Assembly (NCBI RefSeq): GCF_009914755.1
Contig: NC_060945.1
Reading direction: 5' to 3' (one strand)
Origin: the human T2T-CHM13v2.0 reference genome, Homo sapiens
DNA: 64,000 bases
Position 1 is the stretch's first letter; every line of letters begins with the position of its first letter. Shown in pieces: positions 13,290 to 27,580 of this stretch. Made by a program: the position numbers and the translations under genes. Under the pieces are notes generated by a model. It ran no database searches and had not been told where the DNA came from. It worked only from the letters and a program-made list of their open reading frames with translations.

Positions 13290-13700
13290 TAGCCACAGTA
13301 ATTTCTATAACCAGCTTCTGATTGATACAGATTTTTCCTTATTTTTCCATTATCATGAATAATGATACATACAAATAAAAACATTATTTTATATGATAAA
13401 TGATGATATAGATTTTATATCCATATATGACATGATACTGTTACATGATAATATTGTATTATTTTAACATGATAATATAGATATTTCTGTTGCATACATT
13501 CAACAAAGTGGACCTGCTGCTCAGAAGGTATGTGCACTTAACAAATCATAATGGATACTGTCAAACTGCCTCCCACAAAGCTTCATTCCACAACAGCATG
13601 TGAGAAAGCTTGTTTCCCTACATGCTCTTGGACACTGGGTATTTCCAAGAATCACAATATTTGCCAATACACTTTTCATGAGCATAGCCAAGGGAAGTGG
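13290..13700 (-). mobile_element. Old L1M/L1ME fragment
   Basis: aaactgcctcccacaaag...cattccacaacagcatgtgagaaag...ttccctacatgctc. Confidence 0.55.
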
Positions 13701-14001
13701 GTAGAAATGGGAGCAAGAGCAGTAGTGGCTGGAGCAGGCGGGCCCTGGGACTTTCTCCACACAGCAAGCATGCTGCCCACCATGAGACATTAGAATGATT
13801 CACCAAGGCAGTCAATGTCTTAAAAACGAGAAGCACAAAAGAAAGGCATTATGTCACTCAGGGAACATTGGCACAATTTTCTTTCTTGAGATCCCAGCTG
13901 ATCCTGCCTCATCCTTCTGCAGAAATTACAAAAGGAGTCACCCCAGGGGGATTCTCCTTCAAAATGTTCTTTCAAGGACACTTTTCGAAGAGGAAGGGAA
14001 C

Positions 14002-14421
14002 TGGATTAGACCACTCTTGCATTTCTACACAGACATACAAGATGGGAAATTTATAAAGAAAAAGAGGTTTAATTGGCTCAGGGTTCTGCAGGCTGTACAG
14101 GAAGCATGGTGCTGGCAGCTGCTCGGCTTCTGGGGAGACCCCAGGGAGCTTTTACTAATGGCGGAGAGCAAAGCGGGACACTTTGGTATCCCATGGCCAG
14201 AGAGGAAGCAAGAGAGAAAGGAGGGGGATCTAAGTTCCTTGAAACAACCAGCTCTCATGTGAACTAAGCAAGAACTCACTCATCATCAAGAGGATGACGC
14301 TAAGCCATTCATGAGGGATCTACCCCCATGACCCAATCGCCTCCCACCAAACCCCACCTCCAACATTGGGAATCATATTGCAACATGAGATCTGGAGAGG
14401 ACAAACATTCAAGCCACATCA
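14002..14421 (-). mobile_element. MSTB (MaLR) solo LTR
   Basis: MST LTR sequence; perfect 5-bp TSD ggaac at 13997-14001 and 14422-14426. Confidence 0.9.
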
Positions 14422-14477
14422 GGAACCTGCCTGAGCTGCTGGGAACTCACCCTCATCTACCCTCTAGCCAGAAGCTC

Positions 14478-14660
14478 CATGTGGCAGGCACTGTTCACAC
14501 ACTCTATGTGCATTGACCTAAATGAGTTAAGTAGAATGTTTCTAACATTTTAGAGATGAGGAAACTGAGGCACAAGGTATTCAGGTATTGACTACGATCA
14601 TACAATTGAAAAATTGAGAAGCCAAAATTCAAACCTATATGGATTGACCTGGGGCCTGTG
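14478..14660 (-). mobile_element. MIR
   Basis: cattttagagatgaggaaactgaggcaca core. Confidence 0.75.
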
Positions 14661-15768
14661 TGAGAGGTTCCACTTACATCTATGTAAGGTTTCAATTGAA
14701 GAAAGGGCTCAAAGGCAAGAAACATGAGCAAACTGCTGCTCTCAGTGGCGCCAGAAGTGACACCCTCGGACTAGGAATTTGAAGAAAAGCTCCAGAGTAA
14801 CATGCCAGGTACACACACATGCACACAGGTGCATGCTGGTTCATGAAAGCACCCATACTTTTCCCACTCAAACTGCCATAGCATCCAAAGTCTACCATTA
14901 GAAATTCATGCCTATTCTTCACTACCCTTTCTTCTTTTAAAATTCAAATTCCACATCATGTCAGATTACAGCAATCATCAGTTTATTTGATCCCTGTGAG
15001 AAGATGATCAGATTCAAACTTAGGGATAAAAAGCAGGAGGGTGCTGGGTGAACTTAGAAGGGATGGTGCTAAGAGAAACATGGAGTGCTAAAAGAAGACC
15101 CACAGATGCATTCCACCACTTTCTGGAGTGTTCAGACCTGTCTGAGGATGTCTGGCAGAATGGTGGGGTGCAGCTGCCTGGAGTCAATTTGCATGCAGGA
15201 CCCAGGAACATTCTGGAAAAAAGCATGTGCAGATGTAATACAAAGGTAAGCAGATAAGGCTGGCTTGACCAAGTGCCTGCTTCCTGAACTTTCTGAATGT
15301 AGCAGGGTCTGTTTTCACTACAGATTTCCTAAGACATCTGTGCGTAGGTCCTGCCTTGATGATCCTCTCATGGCACACAGTGACCAAGTGGGAGAGAAGC
15401 TTCTCCACACTTAAGAAGGCACCTTGGGTGGAGAGAACTCCAGAAAACAGACTAGCCTCATCACCCCAAGACCCAGAGATGCTGTAGAGTGCTGGTGTGC
15501 CAGTGGTCATGGGCAGAAGGAACCAGGGCACGAGTGCTGGTGCCCAGGAGAGCCAGGGTACCTAGGAGAAGAGGCAGAGGTCCTCTGTGAACAGGCTGGT
15601 GGTAACAGAAAGCAGTGTTTGATGGGTGTATTTGAGAGCACCATCATTCACTAGTAAATACTTGCTCAGAAATATGTGAGGGAGACTTAAACTGAGAACT
15701 AGAGATGAGGAGGTGAGGTAATGTCATCTAGGGGAGGTGACAGCAAAATGTGGAAAATAATTTTCCTA

Positions 15769-16524
15769 TTATTATGAGTGAATTGTGTCCCCCATGTCCC
15801 AAGGTTTGTATGTTGAAGCTTAGTACCCCAGAAAGTGGCCTTACTTTGAAATAAGATCATTGCAGATATAATTAGTTAAGATGAGATCATACTGGCTTAG
15901 ATCTACGCCAAAATGACTGATGTCCTTATAAAAAGAGGAAATTTGGTGGATGCAGTGGCTCTTTCCTGTAATCCTAGCTCTTTGGGAGGCCAAGGTAGGC
16001 AGACTGCTTGAGCCCAAGAGTTCAAGACCAGCCTGGGTAACATTGCAAGACCCTGATTCTACGAAAAATGCAAAAAATTATCTGGGCATGATGGCACATG
16101 CCTGTAGTCCTACCTACTTAGGAGGCTGAGGTGGGAGAATTGCTTGAGCCCAGAAGGTCAAGGCTGCATTGAGCCATGATTGTGCTACTGGCATTTCAAC
16201 CTGGGTGACAAAGCAAGACCGTGTCTTTTTAAAAAGAAAAAAAATGGAAACATAGACATGCACACAGGGAGAACACCATGTGAAGATGAAGGCAGATATC
16301 TGGGTGATACTTCATAAGCCAAAGTAATGCCAGGTTGCCAGAAATCCACCAGAGTCTAGGAGAGAGGCACACAAGATTCAGCCTACAGCTTCAGAAGAAA
16401 CCTTCCCTGCTGACACCTTGATCTCAGTCTTCCAGCCTTCAGAGCTAAGAGATAATCAATTTATGTTGTTTAATGCAACCCAATTTGTGGGACTTTGTTA
16501 CAGCAGCCCTGGGAAATGAACACA
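15769..16524 (+). mobile_element. MLT1B/C solo LTR split by an Alu
   Basis: gaattgtgtcccc...gatgtccttataaaaagaggaaattt before the Alu; gctgacaccttgatctcag...ttgttacagcagccctgggaaatgaacaca after it. Confidence 0.85.
15946..16243 (+). mobile_element. AluJ
   Basis: Dimer with J-type ttgcttgagccca in both arms. Confidence 0.9.
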
Positions 16525-17688
16525 ATGAGGAATGTAGCTGCATTTGTACCCACAGGCCAATGTGACCTGGGTCAGCCAACATCTGCAACTAGAAGCTCAC
16601 CTTGAAAATCGATGCTCCTTAAACTCATCACCAGGACCTGATTATGATATAGTCAGCCAACTAATTACTGCCAAGAATAAGAAATAAAAGTTTTCTGTTT
16701 CCACCAGAGTAAGAAGGTCCAGCTGTTCCATTAGGAGCAGTGATTAATCCAGTTTTGAAGAGCTGGGTATTTCCTGTTGAGCTAGGTCTTTCCTCTGGGG
16801 AAATTCTTATTTTTCACAACCAAGGAAGAAAGTCTTATTCACTATATGGCAGGAACTCAAGAAACATGGTATTGAGGATGTTGATGACAGAGATGATGGG
16901 AGTAGTAGTGGTAAAAATAGAAATTAGCCATTTCTTCAATAATCTTCACTATAAGAGTTGGATGGAGCACAACCATCTTCCATGGAAGTTGTTCCTGTTT
17001 TCTCATTTCACCTTCTGACATCACTTGTAAAATGTATATTAAGACAGCAGCATACTATTTTTTGAAATGAGACACTTAAAATACCCTGAATCAAGTAAAA
17101 ATATGAAAATCTTTAAATTAATAATAAGGACTTGCTGGCCTTCAGAACATTCATTTGAGCTATTTTTGATATGTGAGAAAGTTGTGCAATCTCGTCTCTT
17201 GTAATGTGACTTTCACTAGTGTATTAGAGAATATGTTATTCCAATTTGCAAAAATTATGTAACCAAGAATTTATTTGCTGTCTTTCATATGCCAAGCAGT
17301 GTGTAATGGAGAATAAAGAAACTCAATACGTGGTTTCCGCTCTGAAGGACCTTACTTGTTAAGCAGGGCAAGACCTTAAGACAAGAAGCAATAATGGGTG
17401 AATAAGGTGAGGTGATGAATTTTTCAAGACTAAGAAAGCTCGAAGAAGGAAATATGCAGTCCTTGGAGAGACAGGACCCAAAGCAACCTCACAAAACCAG
17501 TCCTGTTTTGACTGGAGAGTCTGTCTGGCTTAGACAATCCTTTTCATCTTTTGGTTTCTAGTTTGGTACAGGGAAAAATGTCCTTGATACGCCAAAGCAT
17601 TCTCATGAGAAATGCACCAAAATTTTTTAAATGTGCATTTATTTGATGATCAGCAAATGTTAGGTCAATTGTGGTAAAATGTTTTCTG

Positions 17689-18038
<350 letters not shown>

Positions 18039-20889
18039 TCAGCACCCATTTCCTTGTTGTTGTTGTTGTTGTTATAATGCAAATATTTTCCTTTAGAAAC
18101 CACCTCTCACCCACCCTCAGACTAACCACATTGGCTGGGACTGATCCCACTTATCCCTATTTTCCTATGGGCCCTGACAGCAGCCTGGCCATTCAGAGCA
18201 GTCCATGCCTCAGGCCAGACTTGGGCTCAAGAATTGGCATAGCTTTGTGTATATGGAGCCAAGACGTACTTTGAAAAGTACAACGTTGTTTAATAAGTAT
18301 TTAAGTGCCCTTTTCATCTGCCAATCAATTTAAAATAAGGTATTGAACTACTAGTAAAGTCTAAATTAACGTCATAATATTAAAAATAAAACGAATATGA
18401 TATTCAAAAATATATCAATGTCTTGGGAGGGTTTTAAACAAGCGTTTTAGAAATACTTTAGAAACAATTATCTGGGCCAGACAGATATAGTGCTTTATGG
18501 ACTGAGTTGTAGGTTTATGATCCTTACATTATCCAAAGCACCTGATAAATCACAGGGCTGTTTCGGCTCTTTCCAATGGTCACTGAAAACTTTGAGTAGA
18601 TATAATTATCAATGTTACGCACATTTTCTACATATTGAAAGCACTGGAAGCTCTTCCTACATAAAGTATCAAAATATGAAATAGTTTGAAAAATGTGTCA
18701 GGCTTCATTTTATTTGATAAAATGCTGTATTTAAATATAATTAAAATAAAAAGTCAAAACCACATTAAAACTGTGTCAATATTTCAGCAAAAGGTGATTT
18801 TTTTTCCTCAAAACTCAGAAATCTATCCCATCTCAACTGATGTTCCACGGGCTATACAGTATATTTCCTGTATGTAAACAAGTAAAAATAACACCAGCAC
18901 TTCTCCAGGGCTTCTGTGTCAATATGTTATCAGAAAATATCACCTATCTCTCTCCCCTCTTGGGCTTATTAAAATGAAATTTGGTAAGTTAAATCAATTA
19001 GATGAAAAAATACTTTTTTAAAAAGTTCAATTTTATATTTTAAAATTAGAAGTAAAAAAACTCATATTGTACTTTTGCTATGTTGAAAGCATTGCTCATT
19101 TCTTGATAATGAAAAGGGAAACGTTACATCCAGTTGAGAGGAAAAAAAAAAAAAAGATGCTGATGGTGATGCTGACTTAAAATAAATAATCACAAATAGC
19201 CACGCATTTGTAGCCCTGCACTTCCAGACTTCCCTTCATGAAAGCCCTTGGGATTGGGGCCATTTTTAAAGGCTCTGGAGTGACCAGAACATTAGCTAAT
19301 TTCAGAGAGTACAAAATGAAATACTATCTATGAATTCCAATAAGCATCGTCTCTAAAGATGACTTCTCAGAACTGCGGAACTCTTTATGGAGATTTTAGC
19401 TGGGATGATGGTGCTTGTAAGTAATCTCACCCCAAAGCAGTTCATTTTCAAGAAGACACTTACATCACTAATTGTTCTCACTCAGAGAGCTATTTAATGC
19501 TCCCAGATCCTCCAGCCCCTCCCCACTGCTCTCCTTCGTTCCAATGCTGTCTTGTCTCCTAATGAGAAGCCTGCAGCATCTATCAGCCCTCCCAGAAGCC
19601 CTGTACTCCCACCTCCTGCATGGGAATGTATAACTGCAGAGGGGGCTCTGAGCAACAAATGACTCTTCCTTAGTGAGGAACGAGATAGACTAAGAGTTCA
19701 TGGTAAGAAAGCTCAGAAAGTATAAACAGAGCACCTTAAAAAACAATGACCAGCAATTTAGTACAGATAGAAGTAACAGCGAGTTAGTAAGCTCTAAAGC
19801 AGAATTGTAAACCCCTATTCTTCAAAAAGCATAGTACATTCTAAGGAAAAAACTGAATTATCTAAACACTCTAGAAATCTAAAAAAGACAACTCTAAACC
19901 AAACTAAATGTTTCTACCCCAAAGAAAAGACAAATGCTGATCTTAGAGAGTTTACATGCTCCTAGAGATCTTTGAGGTTAAAAATTCCCCAAATGATTCA
20001 TTTTGACCACCTCAATTTTGGTGAGAAAGGAAGAAGACAGCTTACGATATTGAAATTAATGTGCATGGGGAGTATTCATCCTGCATGGAAATCACGTCAA
20101 AGAACACCTTAAGTTGTTAATTTCATAGACTTAAAATACTTTAAGCTTCTTAGCATTTATAGGAAAAATTACTACATTTCATGATAAGCTGAAACTAAAC
20201 ATTTTCAAGAATTTTCTTGTATGAAAAGAGGAGGAGATTAAAGGTATCTTTCTTGGGATCATGGAAAGTCATCAAATTGATACAAATTGAGTGTTAACTC
20301 TTTTTCTGTTCCTTTTATTGTATATCCCCCAGTCATTTATCCTCTTTGTGGTTCAGCGCCCTTCTTTGTGGAATCAAGCTGTTTTGAAAGTGCTAGATTC
20401 TCTACCCAGGAAGATAGTGTACATTCTAGGAGTAAGTGAGCCCCCACTGAGAGATGTGTGAATTAGCCCTACTGTGGGATGGCGGACAATGTGTAAACTC
20501 TCCTCCAGTACACACACACCTAGTAATTTAGATAATTCTATTAGCCATATGTTGCTAGAGATTTCCCTTTCCCATAAGCAAATCACAACGAAGGGAAAGG
20601 TTGTTTGAGCATCAGCCAAAAAAATAAAAATAAAAAATAAAAAAAGAATGTTTATTGATGGCTTTCATTGTGCTAGATTCTGAGACTCCGTGAGATAGCC
20701 CATTCCCCCTGGGTTTTACCCGCCAGCCCGGGAGCTATGACACAAATTCCGGGAGATGAACTGAGCAGCCTCAGCTCAGTGTTGGCTGTGAAGGCAAGAG
20801 GCACATGCTCTAGGAATTCCAGAAAGGAGGTGATACGAGGGACCGGGCTGGACAGCAAACAGCATTCTGCAGAAATTATATGACTTTTT

Positions 20890-21180
20890 TTTAAAGACCT
20901 TTTTATCTGGAAATAATTTCAAACTTACAAAAAATTACAAAATACCACAAAGGTCTCCTTTATGTCTTCACCAGATTTCTCAATTATTAACATTTTGTTA
21001 TTTTTGCTCTGTCATTTTCTACCTTATGAATCATTTGAGAGTAAATTACAGACAAGATGCCTCTCTACTAAACACTTTAGTGTGTATGTCCTAAGAAGGA
21101 CATGCTCTTACATAAGCTCAGTGCAGTTATCACAGTCAGGAAATGATCATTGACACAATACTCTCATCTAACCTTGGAGA
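20890..21180 (-). mobile_element. L1MC 3' fragment
   Basis: ggaaataatttcaaacttaca...ttcaccagatt...catttgagagtaa...cctaagaaggaca. Confidence 0.65.
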
Positions 21181-22323
21181 TGACTTTTTAACTGCCCCTT
21201 TTGCACAGTTTCTCCTATTCCATGGGTTTCTGTGTATTCAAAACAATAAAAAACAACCCTCATTTTTATTTGGGTCTTAAGAGATTCCCAACAGGGAGAG
21301 AGGTGGACCTCAAACCATCCAAACCTCAGTCCAAAGAGTCTCCAATAAGATGGCATTCAACTCTCAAAGGAAACACATTTTCAACTCATCATTTAGCCAG
21401 CTTCATTTCTCAAAATTCCCTCTGACAGCAAAAGTTTTAACAGTTAAGTTTCTGCCAGAAGAGTTGTCTAGCAGTTGTTCCCGTCCCCTGTTCCTCTGTG
21501 CCAGCTTCCTCCCCCTCCCTGTCTGCCCCATGTCTGACACCGAAGCCACATCAGACGCTGGGAGAAGAAGCAGACACACACCCTGTCAACACATCTTTGG
21601 CTGCCCGACTCTCAGCACAGTAGTGGCGGGGGGTCACCAGCAGACAGGATGCTTCCCACACGGGGATGATTTAATCCCCAGCGTTTTCATCCAGTGCAAG
21701 AGAGAAGCCCGCTGCTTGTGGGCCAGGTGATGGGAATTAGGCAGGAGCCGTGGTAAGAATAAAGGCGCTCCTGAGTGACAGGCATCACCCCTCCTTCACT
21801 GGGGTTTTGCCACTGTAAGGCTCAAAATACCCGACAACAAAAAACTTCAGAAATTAATCTGGGATTTTCATTTTAAAAAGACTTTTTGAGCCCTTTTAGG
21901 CAGATGCTGAAATCATTTCAACATGCTCTTCCATAACAAGGTTCAGTGTTATTTTAAAAAATTACTTGGAGCAGGGTGTTCATGCTTGGTAACAGATACA
22001 TTTTAGGACTTGGCTCCTGGGATGGCCTGTTAACCAAATACAATCATGTGATTATTCTAATGACACATCTGGGTCCTTCCAGAAATGTGAAAGAATGAAC
22101 AATCTAATAACCAATTCCTGGAATAAATCACATGTGCTTTTCCAGAACTTTCTCACAACCTAATACAGTTTTCTTCCATTAACAAAAGGCATAACATTTA
22201 GCATTTTCTCTGGCAAACTGAAAGCACAAAGAACCCACAAAAATTAAAAAAGTAAGCGCAGAGAAATATTTTATGATTGTTTTATAGTTTTATTTATGAT
22301 TAGTTGAAATGAGAACTTGGGTC

Positions 22324-22626
22324 TTTTTTTTTTTTTTTTTTTTGAAACAGGATCTCACTCTCTTGCCCAAACTGGAGTACAGTGGCACAATCTCGGCTCA
22401 CTGCAATCTCTGCCTCCTAGGTTCAAGCAATTCTCCTGTCTCAGCTTCCTGAGTAGCTGGGACTACAGGCATGCACTACCATGCCCAGCAAATTTTTGTA
22501 TTTTTAGTAGAAACAGGGTTTTACCATGTTGGCTGGGCTGGTCTTGAACTCCTGACCTCAAGTGAGCTGCCTGCCTCGGCCTTCCAAAGTGCTGGGATTA
22601 CAGGCGTGAGCCACCATAGCCAGCCA
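22324..22626 (-). mobile_element. AluS
   Basis: Full antisense dimer; TSD actt(g/a)ggtct. Confidence 0.95.
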
Positions 22627-22639
22627 AAGACTTAGGTCT

Positions 22640-22800
22640 AGACACTTTGCTCAAAATGCAACCCAAAGATTAGCAACATCAGCATCACCTGGGATTTGTT
22701 AAAATTCAGACTCAGGTCCCACCCCAGGACCCCTGCATCAAAATTTGGATTTTAACAGGATGTCTGAGTGATCTGCACACACACTAAACTGTAAGAAGCC
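22640..22800. mobile_element. MER5A/B
   Basis: catcagcatcacctggga...caggtcccacccca...ttttaacagga. Confidence 0.7.
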
Positions 22801-22966
22801 ATTTTTTAAACAAGTGTGCCATCCAGGCAAGGCTAAAAGAAGCCACCAGAGAGTGAAGAAAATCCCAACAGAGTTCGCAGAAGAGGTGGGGGCCACAGTA
22901 AACTTAAGGAGTATCAGTATTTTCCAAAGAACCAAAAAACTAATATCCCACTTAATTTATCCAAAA

Positions 22967-23151
22967 TAGAGTTACCAGATATAGCAAATAAAAATACAGG
23001 GCACCCAGTCAAATTTAAATTTCAGAGCAGCAATGGACAATTTTTTGGTATGTCCCAAGAAGCATTTGGACACATTTTTACCAAAAAATTATTTGTAGCT
23101 TATCAGAAATTCTAATTTAACTGCACATTCTATATTTTATCTAGTAATCCT
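22967..23151. mobile_element. MER53 palindromic MITE
   Basis: tagagttaccagat...aaatacagggcacccagtcaaatttaaatttcag...gtatgtccca...ttaactgcacattctatattttatctagtaatccta. Confidence 0.85.
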
Positions 23152-23253
23152 ATTTCAGAGACTCTAGATTAAAAAGCAAATTGCAAATATGTCCTTCTGA
23201 ATGAAGGTTTCCCTAATAGACTTTGACGAACTTTGCTAAAAGAACGATAGCCT

Positions 23254-23418
23254 TTTCTTTCCTTAGCTATTTGTATTTGTTTTTGTCTTTTTTCCTTCCT
23301 TTCTCCTTCCTTCCTTCCTTCCCTTTCCTTTCTTTTCTTTCTTTCCTTTCTTTTCTCCTTTCCCTTCCCCTCCTTCCTTCCTTTTTCTTTTCTCTTTCAC
23401 TCCTTCCTTCCTTCTTTT
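23254..23418. repeat. CT-rich low-complexity tract
   Basis: (TTCC)/(TTTC) polypyrimidine run. Confidence 0.9.
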
Positions 23419-25069
23419 ATACCCGAAGTTCATCTTATTTCTCATGTGTTCCTGAGACTGTAGCTAACCTATTTTATTCTCTTACCAGAACCCAGGCAAA
23501 TAAGTGTTAATCTGGAATAGTTCTACTTGTTGTGGCATGAGAACTGCTCACAACTGGAAAAAAATGGTTTTTACTTACTGGGAGCATCCTGGCTAAATTT
23601 GTAAACGCGTCCCTCCGTTACCAATAATAAACGACGTAGGACTATACCATCCAAATAGCTACCTTCCAATATTTTAAAGTGCTTAATTATGAAATGACAA
23701 TTCTAAGAAAACTTAATAAAATGTAGAAAATACTATACAGTTCAAAAGCAAGATTTTACCTTCTAAGAACAGAATGAAAACAATCAAACAAAAATTCTGA
23801 GGCCCAGTGATTTCACTCAAATGAGAAACACAGAAAACAATGAGTAGGGCCAATGTGCAGTAAAAGGCACCTTACATTCATGGAAAAGGAAAGAATTCAA
23901 GCATGTGTTAAAAGGGCAATAAAATAAAAAGGAGAAAAAAATATAAAAGCCTATTAAGCCACAAGAATGTTTCTTTTGATGCTTATTTTTGTATTAAATA
24001 GCAAAAGGATAATGCCATCAATTAACCATGATCTTCATAATAAAACAGAATATTTTACAGTCAAAAAAAAAACTTGGAAAACCCAGCTTTTAGTTCCCAT
24101 GCAACATCCTCAAATCACTAGAACAAGTGAGTTGCTAATTTTCTTCTCTGTTACAACAACAGAAATAAAATCTAGCAGAGAACAAAACAGTTACCATACC
24201 CACAACCAACATCTCTACGCATCTTTTTTTTTTCCAGCTGCTATTCATATCAAGTTTAAGAAGCCACCCCATAAGTCTCCCAGAAGTCTCTGAAAAATAA
24301 AAATAGGCAGAAAAGATGATTACTGAGGACTGCGAGTGGGAAAACCATGTACTCAATTTGTTCCCAAAGTTTTTCAAGAAAGCAAGATGATTTTAGTAAC
24401 ATATTTGCGCTGATTCCTCTAAAAGGACCATGCACCATAATGAATGCCGAGTAGTGGAGTTGGTGGTGACAGTTGGGTTGGCATTCTTAGACCCAGATGT
24501 TCTCAGCCAGCATCAGCTTTGATCTCCCTGACGACCTGCATACTCTTAAGATGCTGGTTTAGAAGATTTTTTGCAGAGTGGAAAATACCAGGGAAAGATG
24601 CACAGAGGAGTGCTGAAACCTAAATGCTGCCTTAGGTTGGTCAATTGTACCATCAAAGGAATTGAATTTCTCAGAGATAAGAGTTTTGTGTACACTGTAA
24701 GATGAACTTTTCCATTCCTGATCACTAGATGGTGTGAAGGAGTCCAGAATATGCCACCCCAAAATATGCCACTTTAGCATGAGTATTATTTTGAGCTGAA
24801 GGCAACTGCGAATCAACAGAAGCAGGGAAAGTTCTCTGCCCTCCCCTTATCTGCCTAAAAACAGGGTATAAATTTCCTCTTGTGAAAGAGTCATATATTC
24901 CCCAGTCCCCCTGGACCAGGATGAAAAGAATGACCTTTATCACTGAAGAAATATAATTGACACTGAGATGAGTCTGCATAAACAAATTTTAAAATTATCC
25001 TTAACTTTTGTATTAGTCAGAGGGACAGAACGCTAGAGGGACAGAACTAATGGAATAGATTAGATTAAT

Positions 25070-27036
25070 AGAAAACTCCATTAACTACCTGACCTCCATA
25101 AGCCCCTCCTTTAACTGGAGGACCACAGTGACATTTAAGGTCCCCTTGGATGAACGTCAGTTCACAGCCAGTGTCCAGTAGTCCTCAAAAAGTCTGATCA
25201 TTTCCCTTTTCCCAGTGAACAGTTAACCCTGGTAAAAGACTGGAGGTCTCCTTGGGGAAGGATGGGAGAAAGAGTCACTGCATAAATAGTTGGTAATGTA
25301 GTGCTGGTCCTTCCTCAAAAGAACCCAGACTCCCCTTCATTCAAGGGGTTCTGGGTCTGTAAACCGTCTCAAGTCTGGAAATTGATTGAAAGGCTGTGAT
25401 TCTCCATTTTTATAATTCAAATTAGACTTTCATCCATTTGACCTAGAAGTTATCCGCTTGTATAAATTAAGTAGGAATGCAGTAGGCTTCCTATCAATTT
25501 CACTTCTAGGAACACCATGATTAATTACCCAATGCCAGAGCTCTACATGAGTCAGACTATTCTGATTGCTGCTTTGCCTCTGCTGTCCGTTACGGTAGCT
25601 ACACCCACCTTGTCTTTGGTGGTTGAGTGCTGCCACTTGGCCCCTGCCACCTGAAGATCCAATTATTGCCACTGTATTTAAATTTTGTAGTTGAGTGACT
25701 GTGGTTCCCCGTTAGATCTGACATACAGAAAAGAGCAATTACAGGGCTCTTCAAAGATGCAGGTGCTGCCCTCACAAATCCATTTTGCAAGGCATCGGTC
25801 AAGGGTATATTTTTCTGGACCCTCCCAGCTGGGATGAGCAGGTCTAAAGTGACTAATTCACTCCACCATCCCAATCTCCCTAAGCCTTTGGATCCCTTCC
25901 TCTACATTAAACCAAGAGAGATCAGGCATTTCCACCTTGCTCACAGGGGTCGTTTTTTAATCCAAATTTTAGCTAACCAGGCAAATAAACTATTAGAACC
26001 TTTTTTAACTTCCCGAGCTGCAGCATTAAATGCAGAGTCCTTACTTAGTGGGCCCAAATCAATAAATTCAGCCTGATCCAACTCTGTGTTCCTTCCACCA
26101 TTATCCCACATCCTTAATATCCATTCCCATGCCTGTTCTCCAGATTTGTTTATATAAATTAGAAAACTCAAACAGTTATTTTTGAGCATAGTACACCCCC
26201 TCATGGGTCACACTCTCAACCTCACCTCTAGGGGCCTGCTTGGACTTTAGTCTAGTTACAAATGTAGAAGCAAACAGGGGTGTTAGGGGTGGCTCCTGAG
26301 GAGAATCAACATTATTTTGCCTGGCAACTGCCTCAGAGGAGGCCATCACTGTTGCCTCAGGCAGTGCAGGGTTTATCTCCTCAGACAAAGGGGGAAAGGC
26401 TGATGGCCATGATGGCATGGGTTGGGGAGGGGATGTTGCCACTAATGGGGATGAGGAAGTTGTTGGTTCTGGCAAAAAAGGCTCATCAGAGTTTACAAAC
26501 TCAGTGTCCCCAGCTTCATCAGGGTCCCCCCACATGTCTCCATTCCGAGTTGCAGGTTTCCTTTCTTTCCCAATCAGTGCCCTCACTTTAACAGTAGACA
26601 CCTGGAGAGACTGTGTATGCACCTTTCATTGCAGGTCAGACACTCGCATGATAAAAGCTTGTATCTGTTTCTCCACAATTTCAGCTCTTTCTCTACAGGA
26701 GATAAGACTCTTACTCAGGGCAATCTTAGCAGATTTGAGGCTCAGTACCTGCTTCTGAAGTTGGGAACTAGAATCCCTGAGTTCATCATTTTATTTCATC
26801 ACTTTGTCCAGCGAACTTCAGAGCAACCAACCAGCTTCATTCTGTTCTTTGGTTCTCCACATATGATCAAATGCATTATGTATAGAGTCACTAAACTCCT
26901 TGCCTCTCATGAGTGATAAATCAGGAGTGTCAAATGCATTTATTTTGCATAATTCTCTAAACAGTTCACACCAAGGACTATCAGTGTTCTCCATACTATT
27001 AGAAGTAGAGTCCTTAGCATGTTTTGATCTAATCAT
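25070..27036 (-). pseudogene. HERV-L gag/pro remnant (Fv1-related gag family), frameshifted
   Basis: Broken ORFs: SGEQAWEWILRMWDNGGRNTELDQAEFIDLGPLSKDSAFN; LWHWVINHGVPRSEIDRKPTAFLLNLYK. Confidence 0.85.
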
Positions 27037-27128
27037 ATTAAGCAGTCAGCTCCAGAAATCCCAAAACCAACGAAAGAACTCCATCCTTAATATTATTTTC
27101 CTCTAGAACTACTCCTAGTGCCAAAATC

Positions 27129-27580
27129 TGTATTAGTCAGGGTTTTAGTCAGGGTTCTCCAGAGGGACAAAACTAAGGGAATATATATATATTTATGGAG
27201 CTTATTAAATATTAGCTCACATGATCACGAGGTCCCACAATAAGCCATCTGCAGGCTGAGGAGCAAGGAGAGCCAGTCTGAGTTCCAAAACTGAAGAACC
27301 TGGAGTATGATGTTCGAGGGCAGGAAGCATCCAGCACAGGAGAAAGATGTAGGCTGGAAGGCTAGGCCAGCCTCTCTTTTCACATTTTTCTGCCTGTTGT
27401 ATTCTAGCCACGCTGGCAGCTGATTAAATGGTGCTCATGCAGATTAAGGGTGGGTCTACCTTTCCCAGCCCACTGACTCAAATGTTAATCTCCTTTGGCA
27501 ACACCCTCACTGACATACCCAGGATCAATGCTTTGTATCCTTCAATCCAATCAAGTTGACAGGCAGTACTAACCATCACA
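27129..27580 (-). mobile_element. MLT2A (A1-length) 5' LTR
   Basis: 452 bp; tgtgatggttagtact...cttgattggattgaaggatacaaag on the minus strand. Confidence 0.9.

Larger units (their letters stand above)
25009..27580 (-). mobile_element. HERV-L provirus, internally deleted (5'LTR + gag + start of pro + ~50-bp 3'LTR stub)
   Basis: MLT2A LTR, gattttggcactagg at the LTR/internal boundary, ERVL gag-like ORF pieces; TSD acttt/acttc. Confidence 0.9.

Noticed and set aside
13795-14262. 155-aa ORF
   Set aside because: Runs from unique DNA into an antisense MSTB LTR; no recognisable domain
25430-27036. Domesticated Fv1-like gag gene
   Set aside because: gag is broken into at least five frames or fragments by stops and frameshifts
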